Assembly (NCBI GenBank): GCA_963703315.1
Contig: OY969811.1
Span: 2,400,001-2,464,000, forward strand
Direction of reading: 5' to 3'
Length of the DNA: 64,000 nucleotides
Source: an uncultured cyanobacterium
GTDB taxonomy: Bacteria; Cyanobacteriota; Cyanobacteriia; Pseudanabaenales; Pseudanabaenaceae
Shown here: positions 21,502-29,528 of the stretch, one piece after another
Numbering within the stretch: position 1 is the stretch's first letter
How the letters are laid out: every line of letters begins with the position of its first letter
Notes under the pieces: generated by a model
What the model was told of the DNA's origin: nothing
The model's database searches: none
The model's input: only the letters and a program-made list of their open reading frames with translations
Position numbers and translations under genes: made by a program

Positions 21502-22323
21502 ATGAATTTTGATCTAAATGCCGATACCTCGGCAAATTTAATTGCGTTACAACATTTAATCGAGGTGGTGGCAAAGCTACGATCGCCCGATGGTGGTTGT
21601 CCTTGGGATTTGGAGCAAACCCCTCAAAGTTTGATCCCATATATCATTGAGGAAGCCTATGAGGTGGTGGACGCAATTCAAAGCGGGGATAGCAAAGCGA
21701 TCGCTGAGGAATTAGGCGATCTCTTGATGCAAGTGGTTTTACAGTCACAAATTGCCAACGAGACTAATCAATTTGCGATCGCCGAAGTTGCAGAAGGGAT
21801 TGCCCAAAAGTTAATTCGTCGTCATCCCCATGTATTTGGTGATGTGAAGACCGAGAATATGGAGGAAATTCATCAAAACTGGGAAAAAATTAAAGCCGAG
21901 GAAAAAGGTGAAGATTTAGCGACAACTCAAAAATTGAGCTATAAACTTAAACGCTATGCGCGATCGCTACCGCCCTTAACCGCAGGTATGAAAATCTCTC
22001 AAAAAGCGGCGGCAAGTGGTTTTGAGTGGGACAATGCCGATGGAGTCTGGGCAAAATTTCATGAGGAATTGGATGAGTTGCGTCATGCTCTCGAGCATGA
22101 GTCTAAGGAAAACCAACAAGCTGAGTTAGGAGATTTGCTATTTACATTGATCAATGTGGCGCGTTGGTACGATCTCGATCCATCGGAGGCATTGCAGTCC
22201 ACTAATCGGAAATTTATTCAGCGATTAGAAACCATTGAAACTTTAAGCGATCGCCCAATCAACAGCTTTACGACTGAAGAATTAGACAATCTGTGGAAAC
22301 AAGCAAAGGAAAAACTCAAATAA
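21502..22323 (+). CDS. mazG: Nucleoside triphosphate pyrophosphohydrolase MazG
   Basis: GCPWD, EEAYE, EELGDLL and KLIRRHPHVF motifs; second ELGD domain. Confidence 0.95.
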   Translation: MNFDLNADTSANLIALQHLIEVVAKLRSPDGGCPWDLEQTPQSLIPYIIEEAYEVVDAIQSGDSKAIAEELGDLLMQVVLQSQIANETNQFAIAEVAEGIAQKLIRRHPHVFGDVKTENMEEIHQNWEKIKAEEKGEDLATTQKLSYKLKRYARSLPPLTAGMKISQKAAASGFEWDNADGVWAKFHEELDELRHALEHESKENQQAELGDLLFTLINVARWYDLDPSEALQSTNRKFIQRLETIETLSDRPINSFTTEELDNLWKQAKEKLK

Positions 22324-22356
22324 AAAAAGAGCGCTAGGCGCTCTTTTTTATTTTTA

Positions 22357-22437
22357 TGCGGTCAGAGAGACTCGAACTCTCACAGCTTTCGCCACCACCA
22401 CCTCAAGATGGCGTGTCTACCATTCCACCATGACCGC
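22357..22437 (-). tRNA. trnL: tRNA-Leu(GAG)
   Basis: Reverse complement GCGGTCA-TGGTGGAATGGTAGACACG-CCATC TTGAGGT GGTGG-variable arm-GAGAGTTCGAGTCTCTC-TGACCGCA. Confidence 0.95.
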
Positions 22438-22591
22438 AATTGCTTTTTTAGTGCTTAACTATATTACAGCAATTGTGCAAACGTGCAATATTTTTTCAGC
22501 GATTAAAATCTAGAAAAGAAATTCGCTAGACTTTATATTGCTGCCAAAGCTCTCCAACTCATAACTGAACAAATCAACACTGCAAACTTCC

Positions 22592-23512
22592 ATGTCTGAA
22601 TCATCTTTAAGTGCTATCCAACAGCAACAGAGCCAAAAGCGATCGCCTAGAAAGTGGATACGTCCTGTTGCGATTACAGGAATAGCGATCGCCAGTTTTT
22701 ACGGTTCAGTTTGTGCAGGACTATGGTTTGGACAAACAAGACTGGTATTTTCTCCTGAGAAGGAAATCACCACCACACCTGCAAAATTTAATGCTAAGTA
22801 CGAGGATGTCTTAATTCCTGTAAAAAAAGATGATGGCACGAGCGAAAATATTCATGGTTGGTGGTTGCCGAATGCCAAACAGGAAGCGAAAAATGATTTG
22901 GGCGATCGCAAAGTGATCTTGTATTTACATGGCAAGGGCAAAAATATTAGCGCCAATGCGAAACACGCTAATCGCTTGATGCGAATGGGGTTTTCGGTCT
23001 TATTAATTGATTATCGTGGCTATGGCAGAAGTGAGGGAGGCTTCCCAAATGAATCATCTGTTTATACCGATGCTCAAACTGCTTGGGACTATTTGATTCA
23101 AAAAGGATTTAAGCCTAGTCAAATTTTAATTTATGGTCATTCATTAGGTGGGGCGATCGCGATCGATCTAGCAGTAAAACATCCAGATGCATTAGGAATG
23201 ATTGTCGATGCATCCTTTACGTCTATGAGCGATATGGCTCAACTAGATCCTAAATATCGAGTATTTCCCATTGATTTGTTAATTCATCAAAGATTTGATT
23301 CGTTAAGTAAAGTGCGATCGCTAGCGATTCCAGTTTTGTATATTCACGGCACTGCTGATGAATTAATCCCTGCGGCAATGGCTCAGCGCTTGTATGAAGC
23401 CACACCAACCAAAAAGCAAATTGTGCTTATTCCCAACGGTGGACATAACAATAATGCAGCAACTAACGAGCCGCTATATTTAAACTCTATTAGCAGTTTC
23501 TTTAATTTATAG
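22592..23512 (+). CDS. Alpha/beta hydrolase (ABHD13/BEM46-like)
   Basis: LYLHG, DYRGYGRS, GHSLGG nucleophile elbow, IHGTADE and GGHN motifs. Confidence 0.9.
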   Translation: MSESSLSAIQQQQSQKRSPRKWIRPVAITGIAIASFYGSVCAGLWFGQTRLVFSPEKEITTTPAKFNAKYEDVLIPVKKDDGTSENIHGWWLPNAKQEAKNDLGDRKVILYLHGKGKNISANAKHANRLMRMGFSVLLIDYRGYGRSEGGFPNESSVYTDAQTAWDYLIQKGFKPSQILIYGHSLGGAIAIDLAVKHPDALGMIVDASFTSMSDMAQLDPKYRVFPIDLLIHQRFDSLSKVRSLAIPVLYIHGTADELIPAAMAQRLYEATPTKKQIVLIPNGGHNNNAATNEPLYLNSISSFFNL

Positions 23513-23604
23513 CTGTCGCCAGTCTAAAACCCATAAGACGAGTTGCGGCGCGAAGCGCCGCAACTTGTCTATTAAAAAGGGAGGCGCAAAGCGCCTCCCT
23601 TTTC

Positions 23605-24219
23605 TTATGCACCAGCTAGAGCATTAACTAATACATAAATGCCACCGAGAATGATGCCTCCTCCTGCAAGACGCACCAATCGATCTTTTAGGAGTTGATT
23701 CATTAACATCGCAATACCAACACCTGATAGATGTAATGCGGCAGTTGCCACCATAAATCCTGCGGCATATTCTAAAGCGGCAGCATTTCGGGGCATTTCT
23801 TCACCATGAGCATAACCATGAAATATTGCCAACAATCCCACAATGCTCATACTTGCCGCTAAAGGTAAACGGGTTGCCATCAGTACCAATCCACCCAATA
23901 GCAAATCAGAAGCAATAATTCCCTGTTCGACAAAAGGAATAGGTACGCCATTAATACCGAAAAGTCCACCCAAAGCCATGACGCTCACAAAAGTGAGAGG
24001 CACTGACCACACTGCATGACCACCTAATTGGGCAGCCCAAAGCCCTACTGCTAGCATTGCCAAAATATGATCTAAGCCACCCATAGGATGCTCTAGACCA
24101 TGTAAAAAGCCTACTGTTTCTCCATGACCGACATGGGCTTGCGCGATCGCTGGTAATGAAATCGCCAAGGCAAAAGTACCAATTGATAGCAAGAACCGCT
24201 TTACGAAATTACTGGACAT
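23605..24219 (-). CDS. HupE/UreJ family Ni/Co transporter
   Basis: AHVGH, HPMGGLDH and FHGYAHG motifs. Confidence 0.92.
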   Translation of the reverse strand: MSSNFVKRFLLSIGTFALAISLPAIAQAHVGHGETVGFLHGLEHPMGGLDHILAMLAVGLWAAQLGGHAVWSVPLTFVSVMALGGLFGINGVPIPFVEQGIIASDLLLGGLVLMATRLPLAASMSIVGLLAIFHGYAHGEEMPRNAAALEYAAGFMVATAALHLSGVGIAMLMNQLLKDRLVRLAGGGIILGGIYVLVNALAGA

Positions 24220-24296
24220 TTATTTGTCTCTCTAAGATAAGGGTATTCACTAAGTTTATCGTTAGTCCAGAAAACACTTTATCCCAGTATTAATTG

Positions 24297-24938
24297 TTAC
24301 AAGATACTTTGGCTAAGCTGAAAAATTGTGTCAGTCATGAGATTTAGCTCAGGAAAGATATCTGATTCAATACGTTTCCCTGAAGTATAAAGAAATAATT
24401 GATATTCTCCCTCGATTAATTTGCAAACTGTCACCGTTGGCTGCTTTGGCTTACCAATATGTCTCACTGCGCCTAAAGCTCGATAGTCCACAATCCAATA
24501 TTCCGCAACTCCCATTGCTTCATACTGCGTTAGCTTGATAGCATAATCGTCGCTCCAGTTAGTACTGACAACTTCAATAACTAAGGGAATAGTTTTACCG
24601 TTTTGAATTACTGAAGCTCTTTGCCAAAGAGGTTCAGTGACAAGTTCACGCCGATCTATCACTACCAGATCAGGTATAAAACCTGTCTCAACCATCTCTG
24701 GCTTTAGTAGACACATTCTGCTAACAAGATAGTGAGGATGTTTACTACGGACTTCTAAAGTTAACTCTTCTGACAAGAAACTACTAGTCAATTCATGATC
24801 ACCAATAGGCATCATCTCTCTGACAACTCCTCTGTATAGCTCATAGCGTTTACCATCTTCGGGATACCAGTCGATAAACTCAGCAAAACTCATGCGATCG
24901 CTGTTAGCCAATGTGCTGTCAATTAATGCTTGGATCAT
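24297..24938 (-). CDS. Uma2 family (PD-(D/E)XK) endonuclease
   Basis: YEL, PDLVV, LVIEVVST and KxxxYExxGVAEYWIVD motifs. Confidence 0.9.
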   Translation of the reverse strand: MIQALIDSTLANSDRMSFAEFIDWYPEDGKRYELYRGVVREMMPIGDHELTSSFLSEELTLEVRSKHPHYLVSRMCLLKPEMVETGFIPDLVVIDRRELVTEPLWQRASVIQNGKTIPLVIEVVSTNWSDDYAIKLTQYEAMGVAEYWIVDYRALGAVRHIGKPKQPTVTVCKLIEGEYQLFLYTSGKRIESDIFPELNLMTDTIFQLSQSIL

Positions 24939-24993
24939 CGCTACACCTCTAACTTTTCAGCTTTGATTGTCTTATTATATTTAGCGATCGCCC

Positions 24994-26193
24994 ATGAGTG
25001 TTTCTGGAATGCAACGAAAACGGGTCTTATTTATTAGCAATGGTCATGGTGAAGACCTGAATGCTTGCGAAGTGCTGAAGGCTTTGCGGCGCAAATCAGA
25101 AGTGGAGGCGATCGCTTTGCCAATTGTGGGAGAGGGTAAGGCATATCGTCAGGCAGGAGTGGCGATCGCAACGCCGACAAAAGCACTACCATCAGGGGGC
25201 TTTGGCTATCTGAGTTTGCGAAAACAAATCGCGGATTTTCAATCAGGATTAATCAATCTCACTTGGCAACAAATTCGCGCTGCTAGGGAATGTGGCAAAA
25301 CCTGTGATTTTGTGTTTGCGACTGGGGATGTGGTTCCTGCGATTTTTGCTTACCTAACGGGATTGCCCTATAGCTTATTTTTAGTCGCTTCATCGGGTTT
25401 TTATGAAAATCGCTATGTGCCGCGTTGGGAACAATCCTTAATCATGCGATCGCGGCGATGTCGCCAGATTTTTGCAAAGGATGACTATAGCGCTCAACTG
25501 CTGCAACAGGGCGGCTACCAAAATGTGAGTTGTTTGGGCTATCCGATTATGGATGTTCTCGAACCAACGGGCAAAGATTTGTGTTTGACACCTAATGTAC
25601 CGATGATTGCGTTACTGACAGGTAGCCGTTTACCTGAAGCCGCCGAAAATTTAGTTTTGCAATTACACCTATGTGTGGCGATCGCCCAAGAATTTGCCCC
25701 CGATCCTGTACAGTTTCGGGCGGCGCTTGTGCCTAGTCTGATGCCGTTATTGCCTGAACTGGCGATCCAAGCTGGTTGGCAATATGCTGATGGCAAACTG
25801 TATTATGAAAATTTAGGTGTTAGCGTTCTCTGTTTTAGTGATGCCTTTCCTGATATTTTGCAGCAATGCGATCTCGTAATTGGCATGGCAGGTACAGCCG
25901 TTGAGCAAGCGGTGGGACTAGGAAAACCAATTGTGCAAATTATCGGCAATGGTCCCCAATTTTCCTATCGATTTGCGGAAGCTCAACAAAGGTTACTGGG
26001 TTTATCAGTACAAACTATTGGCAAAGAACCTGCGACAACTGAGATTTTGCTAGAAGCAGCCAGTTGTATCAAACGGACTCTAGGCGATCGCGAATATCTC
26101 CAACGCTGTCAACAAAATGGATTAGAACGACTTGGCACAAAGGGCGCTTCTGAAAGGTTAGCCGATGCGATCGCTCAACAGTTAGCCAAATAA
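24994..26193 (+). CDS. Lipid-A-disaccharide synthase-related GT-B protein
   Basis: ISNGHGED, LLTGSRxPEA, GMAGTAVEQAVGLGKP and GPQF motifs. Confidence 0.85.
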   Translation: MSVSGMQRKRVLFISNGHGEDLNACEVLKALRRKSEVEAIALPIVGEGKAYRQAGVAIATPTKALPSGGFGYLSLRKQIADFQSGLINLTWQQIRAARECGKTCDFVFATGDVVPAIFAYLTGLPYSLFLVASSGFYENRYVPRWEQSLIMRSRRCRQIFAKDDYSAQLLQQGGYQNVSCLGYPIMDVLEPTGKDLCLTPNVPMIALLTGSRLPEAAENLVLQLHLCVAIAQEFAPDPVQFRAALVPSLMPLLPELAIQAGWQYADGKLYYENLGVSVLCFSDAFPDILQQCDLVIGMAGTAVEQAVGLGKPIVQIIGNGPQFSYRFAEAQQRLLGLSVQTIGKEPATTEILLEAASCIKRTLGDREYLQRCQQNGLERLGTKGASERLADAIAQQLAK

Positions 26194-26227
26194 TCCCCAC
26201 GTAGATACTGTCTTGAGTACCAAAAAG

Positions 26228-27214
26228 TCAAGAGGGAATTTGAACAAAATTTGGGTCGAAAGAACGCTGAGACTTGAGAACGCCAAAGACCTGTCGTAAC
26301 AGCTTGTGCATGACAGCCCCAATGACAGACATTTTGGACTTACCCTTAGCCGTAAGGCGAGCGCAGAAAGCAGCAATCGGCAAATTATAACGACGGGCAA
26401 CAATCGCAGGCATAAACAAAGCTTTACGCAAACGCGAATTACCAATTTTAGATAAACGTGGCTTACCATGAATCGAAGAACCAGATGAGAACTCACGGGG
26501 AGTTAAACCCGCAAAAGCTGCCAGTTGATCAGCAGTATCAAAGGCAGAAATATCCCGAATTTCCGCCAGTAATATAGTTGCGGTCAGTTCAGCAATACCA
26601 GGAATAGAAGTCAACAAATCCCGTTGAGATTTCAAATGAGGGTGTTGATCAAAGTGCTGACGGATCAATTTTTTGGTCATCTCAATTTGCTCTTTGAGAA
26701 AATCAATGTGAGCATTAATTGCCTCAACCAAAATTGGATCAGCCGTAGCAAGACGATTCTGCTCTTGCTGCTGCATAGCAGTTAAGCTATCTAAACGATG
26801 CACCAATGCTTGTAGTTGCTCAATTTCTAATGCTGGTGGTGTCCAAAGAGCAGGTTTTAAGGCTGCACAAAATCTAGCAATGACTTTAGCATCAGCACGG
26901 TCAGTCTTTGTACGACTTAACTCACTCTTGCCAAAGGCTTTGGGACGGGATGGATTAACAATACTTACTTTGTATCCTGCCTCTACTAAGAATCTAGCTA
27001 ACCCATTGCCGTAAGTGCTGGTAGCTTCCATACAACTATGCAAGTTTGTCACATTTTGAAGGTTTAGCCATTCTTGTAATTCAGCAAATCCTTCAGGATT
27101 GTTGGCAAATACTTTGCTCTTGATTTTGGCGTTGCCTTGGATTAGAGCAACATCAAATTTGGCTTTGCTGATATCTATTCCTAAAACATCATATACTTCA
27201 TTGTTATTGTTCAT
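26228..27214 (-). CDS. IS110 recombinase/transposase (DEDD RuvC-like domain plus Tnp20 domain)
   Basis: GIDISK, MEATS, KTDRADA, SIPGIA, AFAGLTPREFSSG (catalytic Ser loop) and GNSRLRKAL motifs; intact 328 aa. Confidence 0.97.
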   Translation of the reverse strand: MNNNNEVYDVLGIDISKAKFDVALIQGNAKIKSKVFANNPEGFAELQEWLNLQNVTNLHSCMEATSTYGNGLARFLVEAGYKVSIVNPSRPKAFGKSELSRTKTDRADAKVIARFCAALKPALWTPPALEIEQLQALVHRLDSLTAMQQQEQNRLATADPILVEAINAHIDFLKEQIEMTKKLIRQHFDQHPHLKSQRDLLTSIPGIAELTATILLAEIRDISAFDTADQLAAFAGLTPREFSSGSSIHGKPRLSKIGNSRLRKALFMPAIVARRYNLPIAAFCARLTAKGKSKMSVIGAVMHKLLRQVFGVLKSQRSFDPNFVQIPS

Positions 27215-27249
27215 TGGGGGCAGTCCTCTTGCTAGATTTGTCCATCAAG

Positions 27250-27455
27250 CAATCAGTGGTATTGAACTATCCTTGTGAATGCAGGTTTACCCGTTGGGCG
27301 ACCTCTGATACTGTCCAGTCTTTACTTGTTTCCACTGTTTAAGCAGAGACGACTCTATCTACAAAACGGGCTTGGTGTCCCTAGGGGCAGATCGAGTTTA
27401 TCTCTGCTTTTGCTTTTTCGGATTGTAGTAAAGATTTTATCCTTTACTTTTCCTC
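27250..27455 (-). ncRNA. Putative IS110 bridge RNA (5' hairpin, target-binding loop, donor-binding loop)
   Basis: Minus strand: AAGCAGAGA..ACTC-GA-TCTGCCCCT-AGGG..CCC-GTTT-TGTAG-ATA-GAGT..TCTCTGCTT, then CAGTGG..ACTGG-ACAGTATC-AGAGGT..ACCT-GCATT-CACAAG-GATAGT..CCACTG; guides match target and donor; transcript ends approximate. Confidence 0.85.
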
Positions 27456-27464
27456 CTAGATACA

Positions 27465-27535
27465 AGGGGCAGAGCATTCCTATAGAAATCAACAAAATTT
27501 CAGGCGATTTTGATTTGGGAATGCTCTGCCCTAAC
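27465..27535. repeat. GTAG-REP doublet interrupted by the IS110 (its left GT lies at 26201-26202)
   Basis: AGGGGCAGAGCATTCC ... GGAATGCTCTGCCCTAAC inverted repeat. Confidence 0.8.
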
Positions 27536-27571
27536 CTCGCAACGCAGGGACAATTGATCCCTGAAATCATA

Positions 27572-27722
27572 AAGGGTTGAGCATTTGCATTGCCAATTTA
27601 TACCAATTCACAAAAGTGTTGTCACACTTTTGTGAATTGGAGACCAAACGCAGTAAGGGTTTTTAGTTCTGGTATTTAGAGGCGTGAGTATAAAGATATT
27701 GGTGCAAATGCTCAACCCCTAT
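27572..27722. repeat. REP-like inverted repeat with a nested family-E element
   Basis: AGGGTTGAGCATTTGCA ... TGCAAATGCTCAACCCCT flanking TACCAATTCACAAAAGTGTTGTCACACTTTTGTGAATTGG. Confidence 0.7.
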
Positions 27723-27801
27723 GAGTTTGTTGTTATAAATTAATGATGCGAATAATTTATGACAGTAACGACTTTTTGAATTTTTTAATATAATAAAAAT
27801 C

Positions 27802-27987
27802 ATGCAAAATTCAGATTATTTTGAAGGCTTAACTTGGACAGCCGAAGCCAAGATCAAATATAAAAACATTCCCTACTTTGTGCGATCGCAGGCTCGTCAA
27901 CGCATCGAACAGCTAGCAGTAGCGGCGGGTAGTGATACGATTACGGCTGAAATTGTCGAAAAAGCAAGGGTTGAGTTCGGGCAGTGA
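27802..27987 (+). CDS. Stand-alone PCP_red (ChlB C-terminal-like) small protein
   Basis: [28 protein letters not shown]...ITAEIVEKA. Confidence 0.82.
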   Translation: MQNSDYFEGLTWTAEAKIKYKNIPYFVRSQARQRIEQLAVAAGSDTITAEIVEKARVEFGQ

Positions 27988-28901
27988 CAGAAACATCAGG
28001 AAAATCAACGGGCGATCGCGGCTATTTGTTAACAGAACAAGCCAATCCCCACAGCCACAATTTAGATCGGCTCAGTCCTCTCGAAATTGTGGAACTGTTT
28101 AACCAAGAGGATGCTAAAGCTGTTGCCGCCGTAGGACAGGAAAAAGAAGCGATCGCTCAAGCGATTAGTGTCATTGCCGACGCGCTATCCAATGGCGGCA
28201 GATTGTTTTACATTGGCGCTGGGACGAGTGGCAGACTGGGCGTGTTAGATGCGGCGGAATGTCCACCGACTTTTTGCAGTGATCCTGAATTAATTCAGGG
28301 CATCTTAGCGGGCGGTATGAATGCAATGGTGCGTAGTTCTGAAGCCCTTGAAGATCGTGAAGATGATGGCGCAAAGGCAATTTCTGACAGAAATATTAAT
28401 GCCCATGATGTCGTGTTTGGGATCACCGCAGGGGGAACCACACCTTACGTGCATGGAGCGCTCAAAGAAGCTAAAAAACGGGGCGCAAAAACAATCTTTT
28501 TCTGTTGTGTGCCACCTGACCAATTTCCGATCCAGTACGATATCGAGATTCGCCCTCTTGTTGGGGCAGAAATTTTGGCGGGATCAACCAGACTCAAGGC
28601 AGGTACGGCGACGAAATTAGTATTAAATACGATTTCCACAGGCGTAATGGTACAACTGGGCAAAGTTTACGGCAATCGCATGATTGATGTCTCGGTGACA
28701 AATAGTAAACTCGAAGACCGTGCAATTCGGATTATTGGCGATCTCACCTCCCTAAGTCGTGACGATGCTGCAAAATTATTAGAGCGATCGGGCAAGCGGG
28801 TAAAGCTCGCATTGTTAATGCATTGGAAAAGTGTTGATGTTGCTACTGCTGAGAAAATTTTACAAGCGAATCATGGACATTTAGGAAAGGCGATCGCTTA
28901 A
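27984..28901 (+). CDS. murQ: N-acetylmuramic acid 6-phosphate etherase
   Basis: [20 protein letters not shown] and [16 protein letters not shown] motifs. Confidence 0.96.
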   Translation: MTETSGKSTGDRGYLLTEQANPHSHNLDRLSPLEIVELFNQEDAKAVAAVGQEKEAIAQAISVIADALSNGGRLFYIGAGTSGRLGVLDAAECPPTFCSDPELIQGILAGGMNAMVRSSEALEDREDDGAKAISDRNINAHDVVFGITAGGTTPYVHGALKEAKKRGAKTIFFCCVPPDQFPIQYDIEIRPLVGAEILAGSTRLKAGTATKLVLNTISTGVMVQLGKVYGNRMIDVSVTNSKLEDRAIRIIGDLTSLSRDDAAKLLERSGKRVKLALLMHWKSVDVATAEKILQANHGHLGKAIA

Positions 28902-28989
28902 TCCCAAAGTAGATGGACGCAAAGCGTTCATCTACTTATGAGTTTTTGAGCCATTAAGATAAAATATGTTAATTAAAAATGTAGAAACT

Positions 28990-29301
28990 ATGACAGGCGC
29001 AGAACTCCGTCAAGCGATCGCTAATAAATGGGATTATTCCTATGATGTGCAGTTACGCAAAACCCAAGGCAAAATCTTTTTACAAGTAATGTGGCGCTAC
29101 CAAGAGCAACAGTCTTTCTCTATGAGTGAAACAGAATTTATTGAACATCTAAATGCGATCGCCTCCTATTTAAGTGATTGGGGCGTAGTTGAACAAGTTC
29201 AAAAATTTATCGAAATCACCAAAGAGAAACCAAGACTTGGCAAAGCCGTAAGTATTCCTCTACAAATTGGCGAGCGATCGCTAGAGTGGTTAGTCGATTA
29301 A
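28990..29301 (+). CDS. DUF3067-like cyanobacterial protein
   Basis: KWDYSYDVQL...LQVMWRYQEQQSF...PRLGKAVSIPL. Confidence 0.85.
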   Translation: MTGAELRQAIANKWDYSYDVQLRKTQGKIFLQVMWRYQEQQSFSMSETEFIEHLNAIASYLSDWGVVEQVQKFIEITKEKPRLGKAVSIPLQIGERSLEWLVD

Positions 29302-29528
29302 TCTAAAGATATTCATAATAGTGGCAATCAATAATAGCCCTGAAAATTTATAAAAGTATGACGTATTGCTGACTTTCCAGACTAAAGATTGTACGCTTAT
29401 GATGAAATAGAATTTTCTAACAGTAATTTCAAGAAATATTCTTTAAAATGTTTGTAAATTATTTAGTGAAAAAGTTTCTTACGGTACGCCGCTAACCATA
29501 CCTAAGTCAAAAGCATAAGGACAAAAAT

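Larger units (their letters stand above)
26203..27466 (-). mobile_element. IS110-family (IS621-like) insertion sequence bounded by AG/CT core dinucleotides
   Basis: AG at 26203-26204 and 27465-27466; removing the element restores CACGT-AG-GGGCAGAGCATTCC (GTAG-REP); no long terminal inverted repeats; 1262 bp with one core copy. Confidence 0.92.

Noticed and set aside
21502..22323. MazG, and the dCMP deaminase at 44387-44944, as anti-phage nucleotide-depletion genes
   Set aside because: Both have the ordinary housekeeping length and architecture and sit in core-gene context.
17859..22437. The two tRNA genes as island integration sites
   Set aside because: I saw no duplicated tRNA 3' ends or integrase, and the flanking genes look core.
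24220..24296. Cobalamin riboswitch upstream of hupE/ureJ
   Set aside because: The spacer is only ~77 bp and I see no B12-box or conserved core.
24297..24938. Uma2 endonuclease as a novel defence system
   Set aside because: This is a solitary member of a family that is highly expanded in cyanobacteria, and it has no partner genes.
26202..27463. TAGATAC at both IS110 ends (26202-26208 and 27457-27463) as a 7 bp target duplication
   Set aside because: Using it as the boundary does not restore the REP (it gives GTAGATACAAGGGGC). The 2 bp AG/CT core restores GTAGGGGCAGAGC and agrees with the guides.
27275..27580. ORFs 27275-27580 (+) and 27355-27570 (-)
   Set aside because: They span the bridge RNA, the IS boundary and a REP, and show no protein-like features.
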